NCBI GenBank assembly: GCA_051294905.1
Contig: CM119379.1
Span: forward strand, 4,774,001 to 4,838,000
Length of the DNA: 64,000 bases
Source: Botryllus schlosseri
Taxonomy: Eukaryota
Direction: 5' to 3'
The stretch's first letter is position 1. Every line of letters starts with the position of its first letter. Of this stretch, positions 25,001-35,068 are shown one piece after another. The position numbers were made by a program, and so were the translations under genes. Under the pieces are notes generated by a model that searched no databases, was not told the origin of the DNA, and worked only from the letters and a program-made list of their open reading frames with translations.

Positions 25001-25670
25001 TGTGTCTGGTCAATTCATACTGCTCATAAAAAAATCTTTGACAAACATCACATCGATAGCTCTCTGCATAACGGTTCACGTTAGTAATGAGACAGAAATG
25101 GTTGCTTTCTAAATGTAAGTACACAGGTTTCGCTTCAAATGTACTACGACGGAGTGCGACAGCTTTACCCTCAGTTTTTGTGTACACAAATATGGCCACA
25201 TTAAACAAGTCCTCGATATCGTCCAGCATATCAAGAGTTACACCAGATTCTACATTGATACCATATACCGAAGTGAATTGTTGGGCCATTGCTTTTGTAT
25301 CTTTTCCTAGCGAGTGACCAATACAGCGGAAAGCACAGAGATTGTCTCTGTACCGATTTCGATTTGTTTGATGGGTAAATGTCATTATACATCTCGCTCT
25401 CGCAAGCCACGTCGGTAGTTTAATACCAACACAACCAATCAACACACCCTCGGTAGGATATTCATATATCTGCGGGTTGATCAGACAGGTCGATTGGGTA
25501 TTTTGGAAAACATCCGACCGCTTACGATTGCTGACGCTAGTATTGCGCACGTGGTTACTGTTCACTACATACGATTTCACCGCTTGCCAGTTCTGAGATG
25601 TAATTTGCTGCTTTTGGTTGTCGATCTCTGGCGGTGCGTGTTCTTCATGATTCCAAAGGTGTCGAGTCAT
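22077..25670 (-). pseudogene. Protein-primed DNA polymerase B (pPolB), Pol-B1; two in-frame stops
   Basis: FDIESM, SFNGGRYD, GLDSNSLY, KLAGNSSYG, MDTDS; vOTU-like DNLCAF...H, Zn finger and VSR-like insert. Stops TGA 24125-24123 (TGG in Pol-B2) and TAG 22379-22377; all three pieces share one frame. Confidence 0.95.
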
Positions 25671-26028
25671 CTGTAAAATTGATACCGCGTGGCTACATTC
25701 AACACTTGGGAATATTAAACTAGTGTTACTTACAATGGGGTTTCTTTTTCGGTATCTTCCTTGGATCTTTATACTAAACAAGTAACACGTCAAACTATGT
25801 CGCTAACATAGTAATATAACAGATAACTCACCAGTAGACTTGTGTACCCCACTTAATCATTGAGTTCGCTTTGTCTGTTCAACAACAAAATCATTACATC
25901 ATGCTCAATAGTTCTACACAGCAATAACTCACCGTTTCAATTCTTTAATCCCACGGTTGTTTTGTCTGGTGGATAAATAAATAACAAATTATATTCATAA
26001 ATCAAAGTATTCGCACCGAATAACTTAC
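25671..26028 (-). other. Four-intron/micro-exon cassette upstream of pPolB, Pol-B1
   Basis: GT-AG introns 26028-25966 (63), 25932-25875 (58), 25831-25774 (58), 25733-25671 (63); exons 33/43/40 nt; ends CAG|ATG. Confidence 0.75.
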
Positions 26029-26335
26029 CTATTAAACCCTTAATCCCTGTGTCAATGTAATCTCTATATGTAAACTATATAAATCTAATGACATAACCGA
26101 CTTGAGATATGAATTAATGTTATCCACCTGGAAAACAAATGATACATTAACACACAATACAAAAAAAAAATCATATTAAACAAACATAATGTACAATTAA
26201 ACCCCAATAACGCCACACACACAATATATACAAGTACATCTCAATAAAATTCAATGACAGGATTATTTTCTTGGGTCGCTATGAAAATGATTGAGATCAT
26301 GAAAAGACACATCGGCATCGTATTTCGATATCAGC

Positions 26336-27043
26336 TCAACCAATCAACAAACCGTCAGTGGGGTATACGTAAAACTGTACATTAGCCAGACAGACTGCCC
26401 TGTATTTTGTATCTGGTCGAGAGTCTTGTAACACATCTAGTGCCGTTTCCAACCTTATAGATTCAACAAATTCATCGAATTCAGCTAGTGATGTAATCGC
26501 TGCTGGGACTTCTAATACGCTATCGATGTTCGCCGACGCATGAAAATACCGAAATCTCCCAGCCGCGACGTTATGTAAAATGATTCCATACGCAAAATTC
26601 ACTTTGAAACGAGTCGACTCTGAGAAAAATATCGCTTGGATATCGCGGAAAACATCCGGTATCTCACGATCGATGACTCGGATATTATACACGCGCCGAC
26701 TCTGATTCACTACATATGATTTTATCGCTTGCCAGTTCTGGGATACAACTTCTTGGTATTGGTCGCCTGTCTCTGGTGGTGTGTCTTCTTCCTCGCGAAC
26801 ACGACTCCGTCTGCGTCGACTCACAGACTTCAGCCCCACCTGACGCGCTATATCTGCGTGGTTTGGTTGCATTTCGATCGTTGTCGTAGAGTTGCGTTCT
26901 GTGGCTTCAACTCTTAAATCAGGCGTCATAGGATCACCAGAATTAATCGCATCAAAGATATCCGCATTCTCTTCAAATTGCGATTCAAATGCATTTGGTT
27001 CATAACCAAATTTATCAAGATTATCTATCTGAGCCTCGGCCAT
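26336..27043 (-). CDS. Stand-alone terminal-protein-like ORF (paralog of pPolB N-terminal domain), Pol-B1
   Basis: SQNWQAIKSYVVN...FKVNFAYGIILHN...YFH...RPDTKY...LLIG matches the Pol-A pPolB N-terminus (FKVNYAYGFLLYN...YFH...RPDTKF...LLGC). Confidence 0.8.
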   Translation of the reverse strand: MAEAQIDNLDKFGYEPNAFESQFEENADIFDAINSGDPMTPDLRVEATERNSTTTIEMQPNHADIARQVGLKSVSRRRRSRVREEEDTPPETGDQYQEVVSQNWQAIKSYVVNQSRRVYNIRVIDREIPDVFRDIQAIFFSESTRFKVNFAYGIILHNVAAGRFRYFHASANIDSVLEVPAAITSLAEFDEFVESIRLETALDVLQDSRPDTKYRAVCLANVQFYVYPTDGLLIG

Positions 27044-27124
27044 TGTACAATAATTAATCTAACTGCTCCAACCAACGTTTATGTCTGCGACAGTGAAGTA
27101 TAACAATCTGATCGTGGTGTTGGC

Positions 27125-27132
27125 TATTTATA
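27125..27132 (-). promoter_or_regulatory. Putative TATA box for the TP-like gene, Pol-B1
   Basis: TATAAATA about 80 nt upstream of ATG 27043, in the divergent intergenic region. Confidence 0.45.
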
Positions 27133-27504
27133 GATTTAATTCGATAGTAGCACGCGGTTGGATGGAAAATAATTCGGCGCGCAGGCCATTCGATATATAG
27201 ACCGCCCGAATACTGCGTAATCCCCAGAACCGATCGCGTTTCCGACTTTCAGAACCGGACGTATTTAGTGTGTCACAGATCAAAACGCGGCCGCAGATAT
27301 CTGATTTTTCAAAATCGCACAGCGCACTGCGCTTTAGTGAATTTCCTGTTTAGCGAAACGGGCGATTTTATTGTGTCACACATGTCATACGCACCCGCCA
27401 ACATCTGTTTTTTCGAAATCTGAGTGGTGTATTTCACCATTTTAACACATTGTGGTGTCATTCTCATGGTTTACTTTTTCAGTTGATAGTTACATATACT
27501 CGTT

Positions 27505-27858
27505 ATGGCAACTAGCGCGATTATTGAGAATTACCTTCTCTACTATCATAACTTGACAACCCCCACATTGAGCGAAACGGAAAAATTCATCCACGGAGTA
27601 CTAGATTTCTATGTACATGGACAAAACGTGAGCCGTGTTCGAAAGTGTGATTTTACCGCATTGGTTAACTCGATTCGATCATACGGCATCGACTGGAATG
27701 GGGTTTTTAGTGTCATAAGCATTGCAGCGATGAAAAGTGACATACGCACCCTAGCGACGTACAGAGATTTAGCAACAGACATCTTGAATACTCACTACAG
27801 TACATTGATAAGTGACTGGGTAAGAAGAAAATTCATTCGTGTCGTTTGTCACTTGTGA
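27505..27858 (+). CDS. Hypothetical protein (117 aa), B-family cargo
   Basis: Intact and conserved at protein level in Pol-B2 (50436-50828); no motif recognised. Confidence 0.7.
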   Translation: MATSAIIENYLLYYHNLTTPTLSETEKFIHGVLDFYVHGQNVSRVRKCDFTALVNSIRSYGIDWNGVFSVISIAAMKSDIRTLATYRDLATDILNTHYSTLISDWVRRKFIRVVCHL

Positions 27859-27973
27859 ACGGCATCCTTTCTTACAGAACTCCTGTAAAGTTTATTTCAA
27901 TCCAAGTCTATTCACGCGGGCCATCAGGATTATACAAAGACTGTTAACTCACTCAATACCACGTGCCTAATTC

Positions 27974-27981
27974 TATAAATA
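27974..27981 (+). promoter_or_regulatory. Putative TATA box upstream of the OB-fold gene
   Basis: TATAAATA about 38 nt upstream of ATG 28019; the Pol-B2 counterpart reads TATAAATG. Confidence 0.45.
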
Positions 27982-28018
27982 TCGACGGGTTTGTTGATGA
28001 CTCCCACTTTATCAAACG

Positions 28019-28630
28019 ATGACATCGAACAGCGTCAACACTATGCAAGTCGGAGCAACTTCAAATTTTCACGTCGGTGTCAAATTCGTCTCATCACCCA
28101 AAAGAGGTGGCGTTAGCCGATATCTCAAAGGTATATTCATCGATGGCAATAACGAAGAGATATCTTTCACGTGCTTCAATCGTGATTTGTTCGGGAACAT
28201 TGAGAAAGCATTCACCAAACGAAAAAAACTCATGGTCAAATCCGGTTGGGTTCAAATTGATAAATTTACTGGAAAACCTGCTGTATTACTTGGTCGGGCT
28301 TCGTCAGTAACTCTACATGGAAAATCGAGACATACGACTGAAGAATACCCATTATTGACCTGTGAATCGGTATACGGAAATAAAGATGAATACGTCTCGA
28401 TCGCCGCTGCTTGTGTTTCTCGAGAGGAGAAGATGGTCAATTCTGGTGCCGGAAAGGAGTTGAAATTATACAGTTTTACATTGAAGGATGATACTGGTGA
28501 GGTGGTTTTGGACCAATGGAACAAAGCCTCACTCGTACCCGGGAAGAAATATCAACTCACTCGTGTTAAAAACTGTGTCGGCAGATTGAAAATCGATCCG
28601 TTAACTAGACTTGTTGAATTGAAAGAATAG
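28019..28630 (+). CDS. Putative tandem OB-fold ssDNA-binding protein (RPA-like), Pol-B1
   Basis: Two about 90-aa beta-rich halves; IDGNNEEISFTCF and FTLKDDTGEVVLDQW resemble the RPA/SSB OB-fold D.TG.I..T.W strand pattern. Confidence 0.65.
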   Translation: MTSNSVNTMQVGATSNFHVGVKFVSSPKRGGVSRYLKGIFIDGNNEEISFTCFNRDLFGNIEKAFTKRKKLMVKSGWVQIDKFTGKPAVLLGRASSVTLHGKSRHTTEEYPLLTCESVYGNKDEYVSIAAACVSREEKMVNSGAGKELKLYSFTLKDDTGEVVLDQWNKASLVPGKKYQLTRVKNCVGRLKIDPLTRLVELKE

Positions 28631-28760
28631 TTTGCATATTTGAATACCACAATACAATATTTCATTTCACGTAAAATGTATGACCTATGTGTTTCGACAA
28701 CTGGGTTAGCGCAGTGTTGTTCTACTGATCGAGGTGTGAAAATTGCGCTATCGCGGTGAA

Positions 28761-29403
28761 GTTGTGACTGTAAACAGCAGACTATTCTGTAGGCGCGAAA
28801 CAGCGAATAAGCCAAAAGTATTATTCAGTTAGCAATCAATAGTGAGGAAAGAGAACACGATCAGTTATTTGACACGACTAAACTACGATATCATATATCA
28901 TAATTTACGATCAAACTATTTCGCACTGACTGGTCTAGTGTAATATTCGATAGTAGCACGCGGTTGGCCTTGAAACAATTCAGTGCGCAGGTCATTCGGA
29001 ATATAGGTCGCACTGCTTAATCCTCACAACAAGCCACGTTTCCGTTTGTGCGGTTATTGTTGGTGACTATTCAACACCACGCGAGAGATGTCTGAAAGTA
29101 CGAATCACGACCGCACCCATAAGAACACATGGCGAATCATCACAGATCCCGTAAGAATACATGGCGAATCACCACCACAGCCTATAGCAAAAAAGGCGAG
29201 TCACGACCACGAGTTTTCACGGCGAATCACCGCCACCGCCTATAGCAAAAAAGGCGAGTCACGACCGCACCCATAAGAACACATGGCGACTCACCGCCGA
29301 GAGGGGGGTCTGAAAAGGCGAGTCACCACCACGAGTTTCCAGGCGAGTCACCGCCGCACCCATAAGAGCCCATTACGAATCGCGACCGATCTACTATACT
29401 ACT
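28761..29403 (-). repeat. Pol-B1 right TIR
   Basis: Reverse complement of 14154-14796. Confidence 0.95.
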
Positions 29404-29409
29404 CTAGCG

Positions 29410-31320
29410 TACTTATGCGTTATCATAACATTTCCGATAGTGAATAAAATCTATAGCTAAACCTATGTCTATGCTATAATTTATCTCTTATTTTAAAACG
29501 CTATGCCACTACGGGTTGAAGCTATATCTTAACATTTCAGATCACCGACATCGCAGCTGTTCCAGACGCCAGCGTTCAAGCCTACATCGTTGCGCAGCTA
29601 CATGTATATCGAAGAAGTATGCCAAGGTCGTATCATTTCAAGTCGCTCAACTATAGCATAGATTGTACCCGCAAAATGCAAATTCGTATTAAGTGTAGCC
29701 TGCCTAGCGCCGCATATTACTCGATGTTCAGTAACGCCGTATTAATGTAAGCTGCGTTTGCCGGGACTATAGGAGCGAAGTCACTCAATACAAATTCCCT
29801 AATAGGCTCCTGCTAGATGATGATAATATGAAGCCACTAGTCCATAAGCTGCTGCTTTTAGATGCGTGATTTAAATAGCTAGTGCACTGATGCTTTTCCG
29901 ATAGTGAATAAAATCTATAACCTATGTCTATGCTATAATTTATCTCCTAAAACGCTATGGGTTGAAGCTATAACATCACATCTGTACCAGACGCCGACGT
30001 TCAAGTCTAGATCGTTGTGCAGCTATAACTATATCAAAGAAGTGTGCTGAGGTCGTATCAAAGTCGCTCAACTATAGCATAGATTATGCCAGCGAAATGC
30101 AAATTCGTATTAAGGGTAGCCTGCCTAGTGCCGCTTATTACTCGATGTTCAGTAACGCCGTAATAATGTAAGTTGCGTTTGCTGTAGGAGCGAAGTCACT
30201 CAATACAAATTCCTGGTTCTTGCTAGACGATGGTAATATGTAGCCACTATCGCCTGTATAAATCGAAAGCAAGTCGCTACTGCTGATTTAAATAAAATTC
30301 GCTACGCCACAGCGTCTTGAAGCTAAATCTTTAGCTAGCTTTACTCATGTCATAAAGGCGGTAAATTGCGAGTTGTAGCAAGCATCTAACTACTGAGATT
30401 ATGCCGATTTTAGAAGTCCATAAGCTGCTGCTTTTAGATATGTGATTTTAATAGCTAGTGTACTGATGCGTTATCATAACATTTCCGATAGTGAATAAAA
30501 TCTATAGCTAAACCTATGTCTATGCTATAATTTATCTCTCATTTTAAAACGCTATGCCACAGCGGGTTGAAGCTATATCTTAACATTTCAGATCACCGAC
30601 ATCACATCTGTTCCAGACGCAGGCGTTCAAGCCTACATCGTTGCGCGGCTACATGTATATCGAAGAAGTATGCCAAGGTCGTATCATTTCAAGTCGCTCA
30701 ACTATAGCATAGATTGTACCTGCAAAATGCAAATTCGTATTAAGTGTAGCCTGCCTAGCGCCGCTTATTGCTCGATGTTCAGTAACGCCGTATCAATGTA
30801 AGCTGCGTTTGCCGGGCCTATAGGAGCGAAGTCACTCAATACAAATTCCTGGCTCCTGCTAGATGATGATAATATGAAGCCACTAGTCCATAAGCTGCTG
30901 CTTTTAAATGCGTGATTTAAATAGCTAGTGCACTGATGCTTTTCCGATAGTGAATAAAATCTATAACCTATGTCTATGCTATAATTTATCTCCTAAAACG
31001 CTATGGGTTGAAGCTGTAACATCACATCTGTACCAGACGCCGACGTTCAAGTCTAGATCGTTGCGCAGCTATATCGAAGAAGTGGGCTCAAGTCACTCAA
31101 CTATGGCATAGATTGCGCCCGCAAAATGCAAATTCGTATTAAGGGTAGCCTGGCTAGTCCCGCTTATTACTCGATGTTCAGTAACGCCTAATGTAAGCTG
31201 CGTTTGCTATAGGAGCGAAGTCACTCAATACAAATTTCTGGTTCTTGCTAGATGATGGTAATATGTAGCCACTATCACCTAACCGAAAGCAAGTCGCTAC
31301 TGCTGATTTAGAGTCTACTA
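29410..31320. repeat. Pol-A left-arm tandem array (about 0.47/0.58-kb subunits forming an about 1.05-kb higher-order repeat)
   Basis: CCATAAGCTGCTGCTTTTA at 14111, 29842, 30418 and 30888; 29410 matches 30461 and 29842 matches 30888 (offset about 1.05 kb). Confidence 0.85.
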
Positions 31321-31412
31321 CTTTGAGATGATTGCTATAATGAACGTAGCGAATATCGCCCTTAAACGTACTAAGCAAACTTTGAAACTATTGATTTTAT
31401 TCGCATATACAT

Positions 31413-31868
31413 TTATACAATTTCATTTTCTTGCTTCAGCTCCTTGACGAAGCGTCGTACGATCGAATCATTCTTGCGGTGATCTTCGCCAAAGGAATTT
31501 AAATAACGTTCTGTACTCCATCCGCGCGCCTTATGGACGATGAAGCTTAGACAATGATGACCGCACGTTCTGGAACGTTTGTGCTGCAGACGCTTTATGG
31601 AGCAGGTATAATTTTCTGGTTCTATAAAGCACGCAATCTCGTATTTCAGCGGCATTAAGCCAAAGCTATCGTGAAAATGTGTCTCATCCTCATCAGCGTA
31701 AATGCATATCCAGTGACTTCCGATTTTTCGAGCCTCGTCATAATTGATCACGATAGCATAAGGAGGAGGGGGTCGCCTCGGCAGTCGATCGATAGGAAAT
31801 GTGCCAAGGAAAATATGTTTTGTTGACTCGCAGCACCACAATATTTGGTATATTTCATCCCCGTTCAT
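31413..31868 (-). CDS. Adenain-like maturation protease, Pol-A
   Basis: GSHWICI, FHDSFG, LQH, TCGHHC; intact. Confidence 0.92.
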   Translation of the reverse strand: MNGDEIYQILWCCESTKHIFLGTFPIDRLPRRPPPPYAIVINYDEARKIGSHWICIYADEDETHFHDSFGLMPLKYEIACFIEPENYTCSIKRLQHKRSRTCGHHCLSFIVHKARGWSTERYLNSFGEDHRKNDSIVRRFVKELKQENEIV

Positions 31869-33142
31869 AGCACGGTCACTTTACGACTGCTACTGATTTG
31901 CAATAGCTTTTGGAATTCCATGAAACAGAGCAAAGTAGTTTCCGCTGTTAGCCCGCCAGCAGGAAATGTGATTCGTAAACTTAAGGTACCACTCTTTTGT
32001 AAGTCAAAGCAATCATCCAAATCATCAGGGCGCAAATTATAAACCAGTAGACAGAAACCACTAGCGAACTCTTCAGGTGTTAGGAGTCCTGTGTTTTTCT
32101 CCATTGCACCCGTACCTTCAATCAGGTTATGGTAAAGCTCCGTGTAATGACCCTTATCGAAATCTAGCTCATAACCTCCCTCTGGAATCATAAATCCGTT
32201 CAGTTTCAGTTCGAGTCGTTGCATATTATTGTGTATGAAATTATAAGGATTTTTCGTAACATCTCCTTGAAAACCTTTCGTAGCTACCATTCCGATGATT
32301 AGGCGAGAAGGTAGAGTCCCGCTATATAGATTCCCGATATCTATCTGCGTCGTAGCAGCCGCAAATGTTCGGGTGATTAACCTCATGTCGATATACGGAT
32401 ATTTCGCCTGAGCATTCACCATCATCGCTGTCTTCACATCGTCGCTGACTCGTACGGTACATAACTGTAATTCCTTTTTTGTTAAGGTGAATTGACCGGT
32501 AGCATCTCCCATCATGAAAAAGCTTTTCGGATTCAAGGTAAGCTCAAACTCGAGAGGCACGTCATGTAGGATGTAGCGGTCTTGCAGACATAGTCCGTGA
32601 TGGATTTTCGCACGTATTTCCACCACGTTATCATCCTTATAGGCTTTACTCCTGTTGTAATATCCTTTGTTAGCCGAGGCGCTAGTTCCACCAATCGTAT
32701 CCATTTCTCCTAAAGTATCTTTTCTCCATCCTGAGGCCCTCAGTGTGCTATTTTGCACGTCAAGCGGAGTGAATAAATTGTGCAGATAGGACGAATAACA
32801 CTGTACTTTTATATCTTGTTTCAAAGTTTCGGTAGCGACTTTAATTTGTAGTTGAGAAATCAAGGAATCCAAGATATTATTTACAACACCAACATCATCA
32901 TCTGCGCCAATTGCTTCGCCATCTTTCTTTAATTGTAAATGAAATAAGAAATAGCTCTCGCTCAAATCGATAAAGTCTTCTGACCCTTCGAAGCGGAATG
33001 TTATCACACTAGAGTTGTTCGAAATCGGCGCTATCTTGATGATTCTTTTCTTTTCAACGCTAGTCTGTGTCGCGGGAATGTGAAATAAATCCAATGAGGG
33101 ATGTACCCCCTCTGGGGACTGTACATGAATTAACTCCGCCAT
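31865..33142 (-). CDS. Major capsid protein, Pol-A
   Basis: 425-aa intact ORF; NPYNFIH, GFCLLVYNLRPD; homologous to the Pol-B1 MCP. Confidence 0.9.
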   Translation of the reverse strand: MAELIHVQSPEGVHPSLDLFHIPATQTSVEKKRIIKIAPISNNSSVITFRFEGSEDFIDLSESYFLFHLQLKKDGEAIGADDDVGVVNNILDSLISQLQIKVATETLKQDIKVQCYSSYLHNLFTPLDVQNSTLRASGWRKDTLGEMDTIGGTSASANKGYYNRSKAYKDDNVVEIRAKIHHGLCLQDRYILHDVPLEFELTLNPKSFFMMGDATGQFTLTKKELQLCTVRVSDDVKTAMMVNAQAKYPYIDMRLITRTFAAATTQIDIGNLYSGTLPSRLIIGMVATKGFQGDVTKNPYNFIHNNMQRLELKLNGFMIPEGGYELDFDKGHYTELYHNLIEGTGAMEKNTGLLTPEEFASGFCLLVYNLRPDDLDDCFDLQKSGTLSLRITFPAGGLTAETTLLCFMEFQKLLQISSSRKVTVL

Positions 33143-33191
33143 CTATCAAGTCTCAAGTAACAAATGATGCTCATCACCGTGTAATATATAT

Positions 33192-33563
33192 TTAATCGAA
33201 AATATCTTTGCGACGTCTCTTTTTCGTGATCTTACGACCTCGTCATGGCATTTTTCTTTTTCTCAGTAAAGAATCGAGAGCGTTCCCAGCGGCTTCTTTG
33301 CCGCGTATTTGAAGACTATCGCCGACATTCTCTCCATTAAGAACATCAGAGGCTACTTGCGCACCGGTATGTAGTAGACGCTTCCCGAGTGATTTTGCAC
33401 CTTTCGAAATTAGGGGCATAACGCTTCTTCCGAACGAACGAAATAAGTTTCCAAGTCCATGACCTCTCTGCACTTTACCCCGAAAAAAATTGATATCACC
33501 ACCGCTCTGTTGGTGATAATAGTTTCTGAACGCCTCGCGATCACAGCAATAATGACTCCTCAT
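33192..33563 (-). pseudogene. pX/pVI-like core precursor, Pol-A (late nonsense codon)
   Basis: QRGHGLGNLFRSFGR; TGA at 33245-33243 is followed in frame by RGRKITKKRRRKDIFD*, matching the Pol-B1 C-terminus. Confidence 0.7.
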
Positions 33564-34262
33564 GATGCCTCAAAGCAAGTGTGAGATGAAGAGGCGCGTT
33601 CCCGAACTTTATAGCTTCACCTTTATCATCACGAAGCATAACGCGTATCTGGCTTACTCGCTCCGTATTCAGAGGAAAGAAATATATTTTTTGAATAGCA
33701 TATGCTGATATTCATCTATCCCCGTCGTAACGCGGATATTGCGTAGTAGAGGCGCACTCGTATCACCTACAATTTGAGGGGTGATGACATCCGTATAAAC
33801 TAAAACGTTGGTCACGGGCTCAGTTTCCCCTTGAAAGTGAATTGTTCTTCGTCTATGTAATCCGGCATCTAGCTCTACCTCCGAACGAGCGCCTCCTCTG
33901 AGAACGGGGTTTCTATTATCCATGAAAAGTCTCGGACCGCTGGAACTCTTGTAAGGTCCCGCTATCAAGACCGGACCAGAACCATCTACCCAAATAAACC
34001 TTGCCTTTTTCTGGTCGTGATTGATACGCTTCATCAAACTAATTTTATCATGATAATCACCAGCCGGGAAATAGTAACAATTATTATCGCCTTCCGCATC
34101 ATTCACGTACTATAATAAGCCGTCGTAAGGTTCGAACCTGGGCTGAAAATTATTTTTAAAAGACAACTCGGCAAGCCCTATCTCCCATTCACCAGAATCT
34201 ATCGGTTTCGCGAGATCGATAGTAAAATCAGACTCGTGTGACGTAATATGAATATATTTCAT
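33541..34262 (-). pseudogene. Penton-like paralog 2, Pol-A (one TAG plus one frameshift)
   Basis: MKYIHITSHES...EIGLAELSF...LL*YVNDAE...VYTDVITP...GDTSAPLLR; frameshift in an A-run near 33690 restores YFFPLN...LRDDKG. Confidence 0.72.
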
Positions 34263-34270
34263 AATGCAAC

Positions 34271-35068
34271 TCACCGTCTACGAAAATGCAATACAACACT
34301 CGAAGGAGAACTTCGAAAGGGTATTTTCTCACCCTTCTCATCAAGTAGCGATATTTCGATGCGTTCTAGCCTATTTATATTAACAGGGAAATAAAAAGGC
34401 TTCGTGTAATATTTCGAAAATGATTTACGATTGTTCACCTGTACGACGCGTAACAACGGTAAGAGCCTACCGCTATCTTCTTGTGGCTCAATGATATTAC
34501 AATGAACATAAACGAAATCGATAGTCGGATCATGTCGCATACGAAAGTTCAAATGAATGATACCCCCAGTGAAAAAATAATTCCACAATGTACAATTAGT
34601 ATTCGGGAAATGAAACACCAATAACTCCTCCTTCGTTTCCTTATGCATAAGAGCACCGTACAATTCTCCGCGACGTAGCAAGCTACTATGCCCTATGTCC
34701 GTCTCTGGTCGCAATTTGTCGGTTACCTCGTTATGAGGTATAGAGATAGACATACTATGATTTTCTGGGAAACATGTTACTTTTGCATCAGGATTGTCTC
34801 TTTCCAACGATCTATACATGTCATATAACGAGTCGTATTCTCCCAATTTAAAATGAAAGTTTCTTGCTCTCTTTTGCGATCTGATCCCATACCTATTCTT
34901 CGTGATCCTATACTGTTTTTGATAATCCGTAGGGAAGGAGATCTCAGCCAGAGAAACTTCTGTATCTTCCACGTTTTTCGGGACGTCCAATTCAACGCAA
35001 TAACTCGCTGTTGTATTATCAGGAAATTTATCCATGGAAGCGTTCGAAAATAGCGTGACGTAGCTCAT
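34271..35068 (-). CDS. Penton/minor capsid protein paralog 1, Pol-A
   Basis: VTLFSNAS...FPDN...VSLAEISFP...VYVHCNII...LPLLR...KPFYFPV; likely ATG at 35068. Confidence 0.8.
   Translation of the reverse strand: MSYVTLFSNASMDKFPDNTTASYCVELDVPKNVEDTEVSLAEISFPTDYQKQYRITKNRYGIRSQKRARNFHFKLGEYDSLYDMYRSLERDNPDAKVTCFPENHSMSISIPHNEVTDKLRPETDIGHSSLLRRGELYGALMHKETKEELLVFHFPNTNCTLWNYFFTGGIIHLNFRMRHDPTIDFVYVHCNIIEPQEDSGRLLPLLRVVQVNNRKSFSKYYTKPFYFPVNINRLERIEISLLDEKGEKIPFRSSPSSVVLHFRRR

Larger units (their letters stand above)
14154..29403 (-). mobile_element. Pol-B1: full-length Polinton/Maverick nested in Pol-A
   Basis: Termini AGTAGTATAGTAGATC...GATCTACTATACTACT; perfect 6-bp TSD CTAGCG (14148-14153, 29404-29409); 643-bp near-identical TIRs; complete Polinton gene set. 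Confidence 0.97.

Noticed and set aside
26336-26338. Selenocysteine or readthrough at the TP-like TGA that aligns with Cys in pPolB
   Set aside because: Sequence after the stop is deleted and frameshifted differently in B1 and B2 and closes within a few codons in B1; no SECIS evident.
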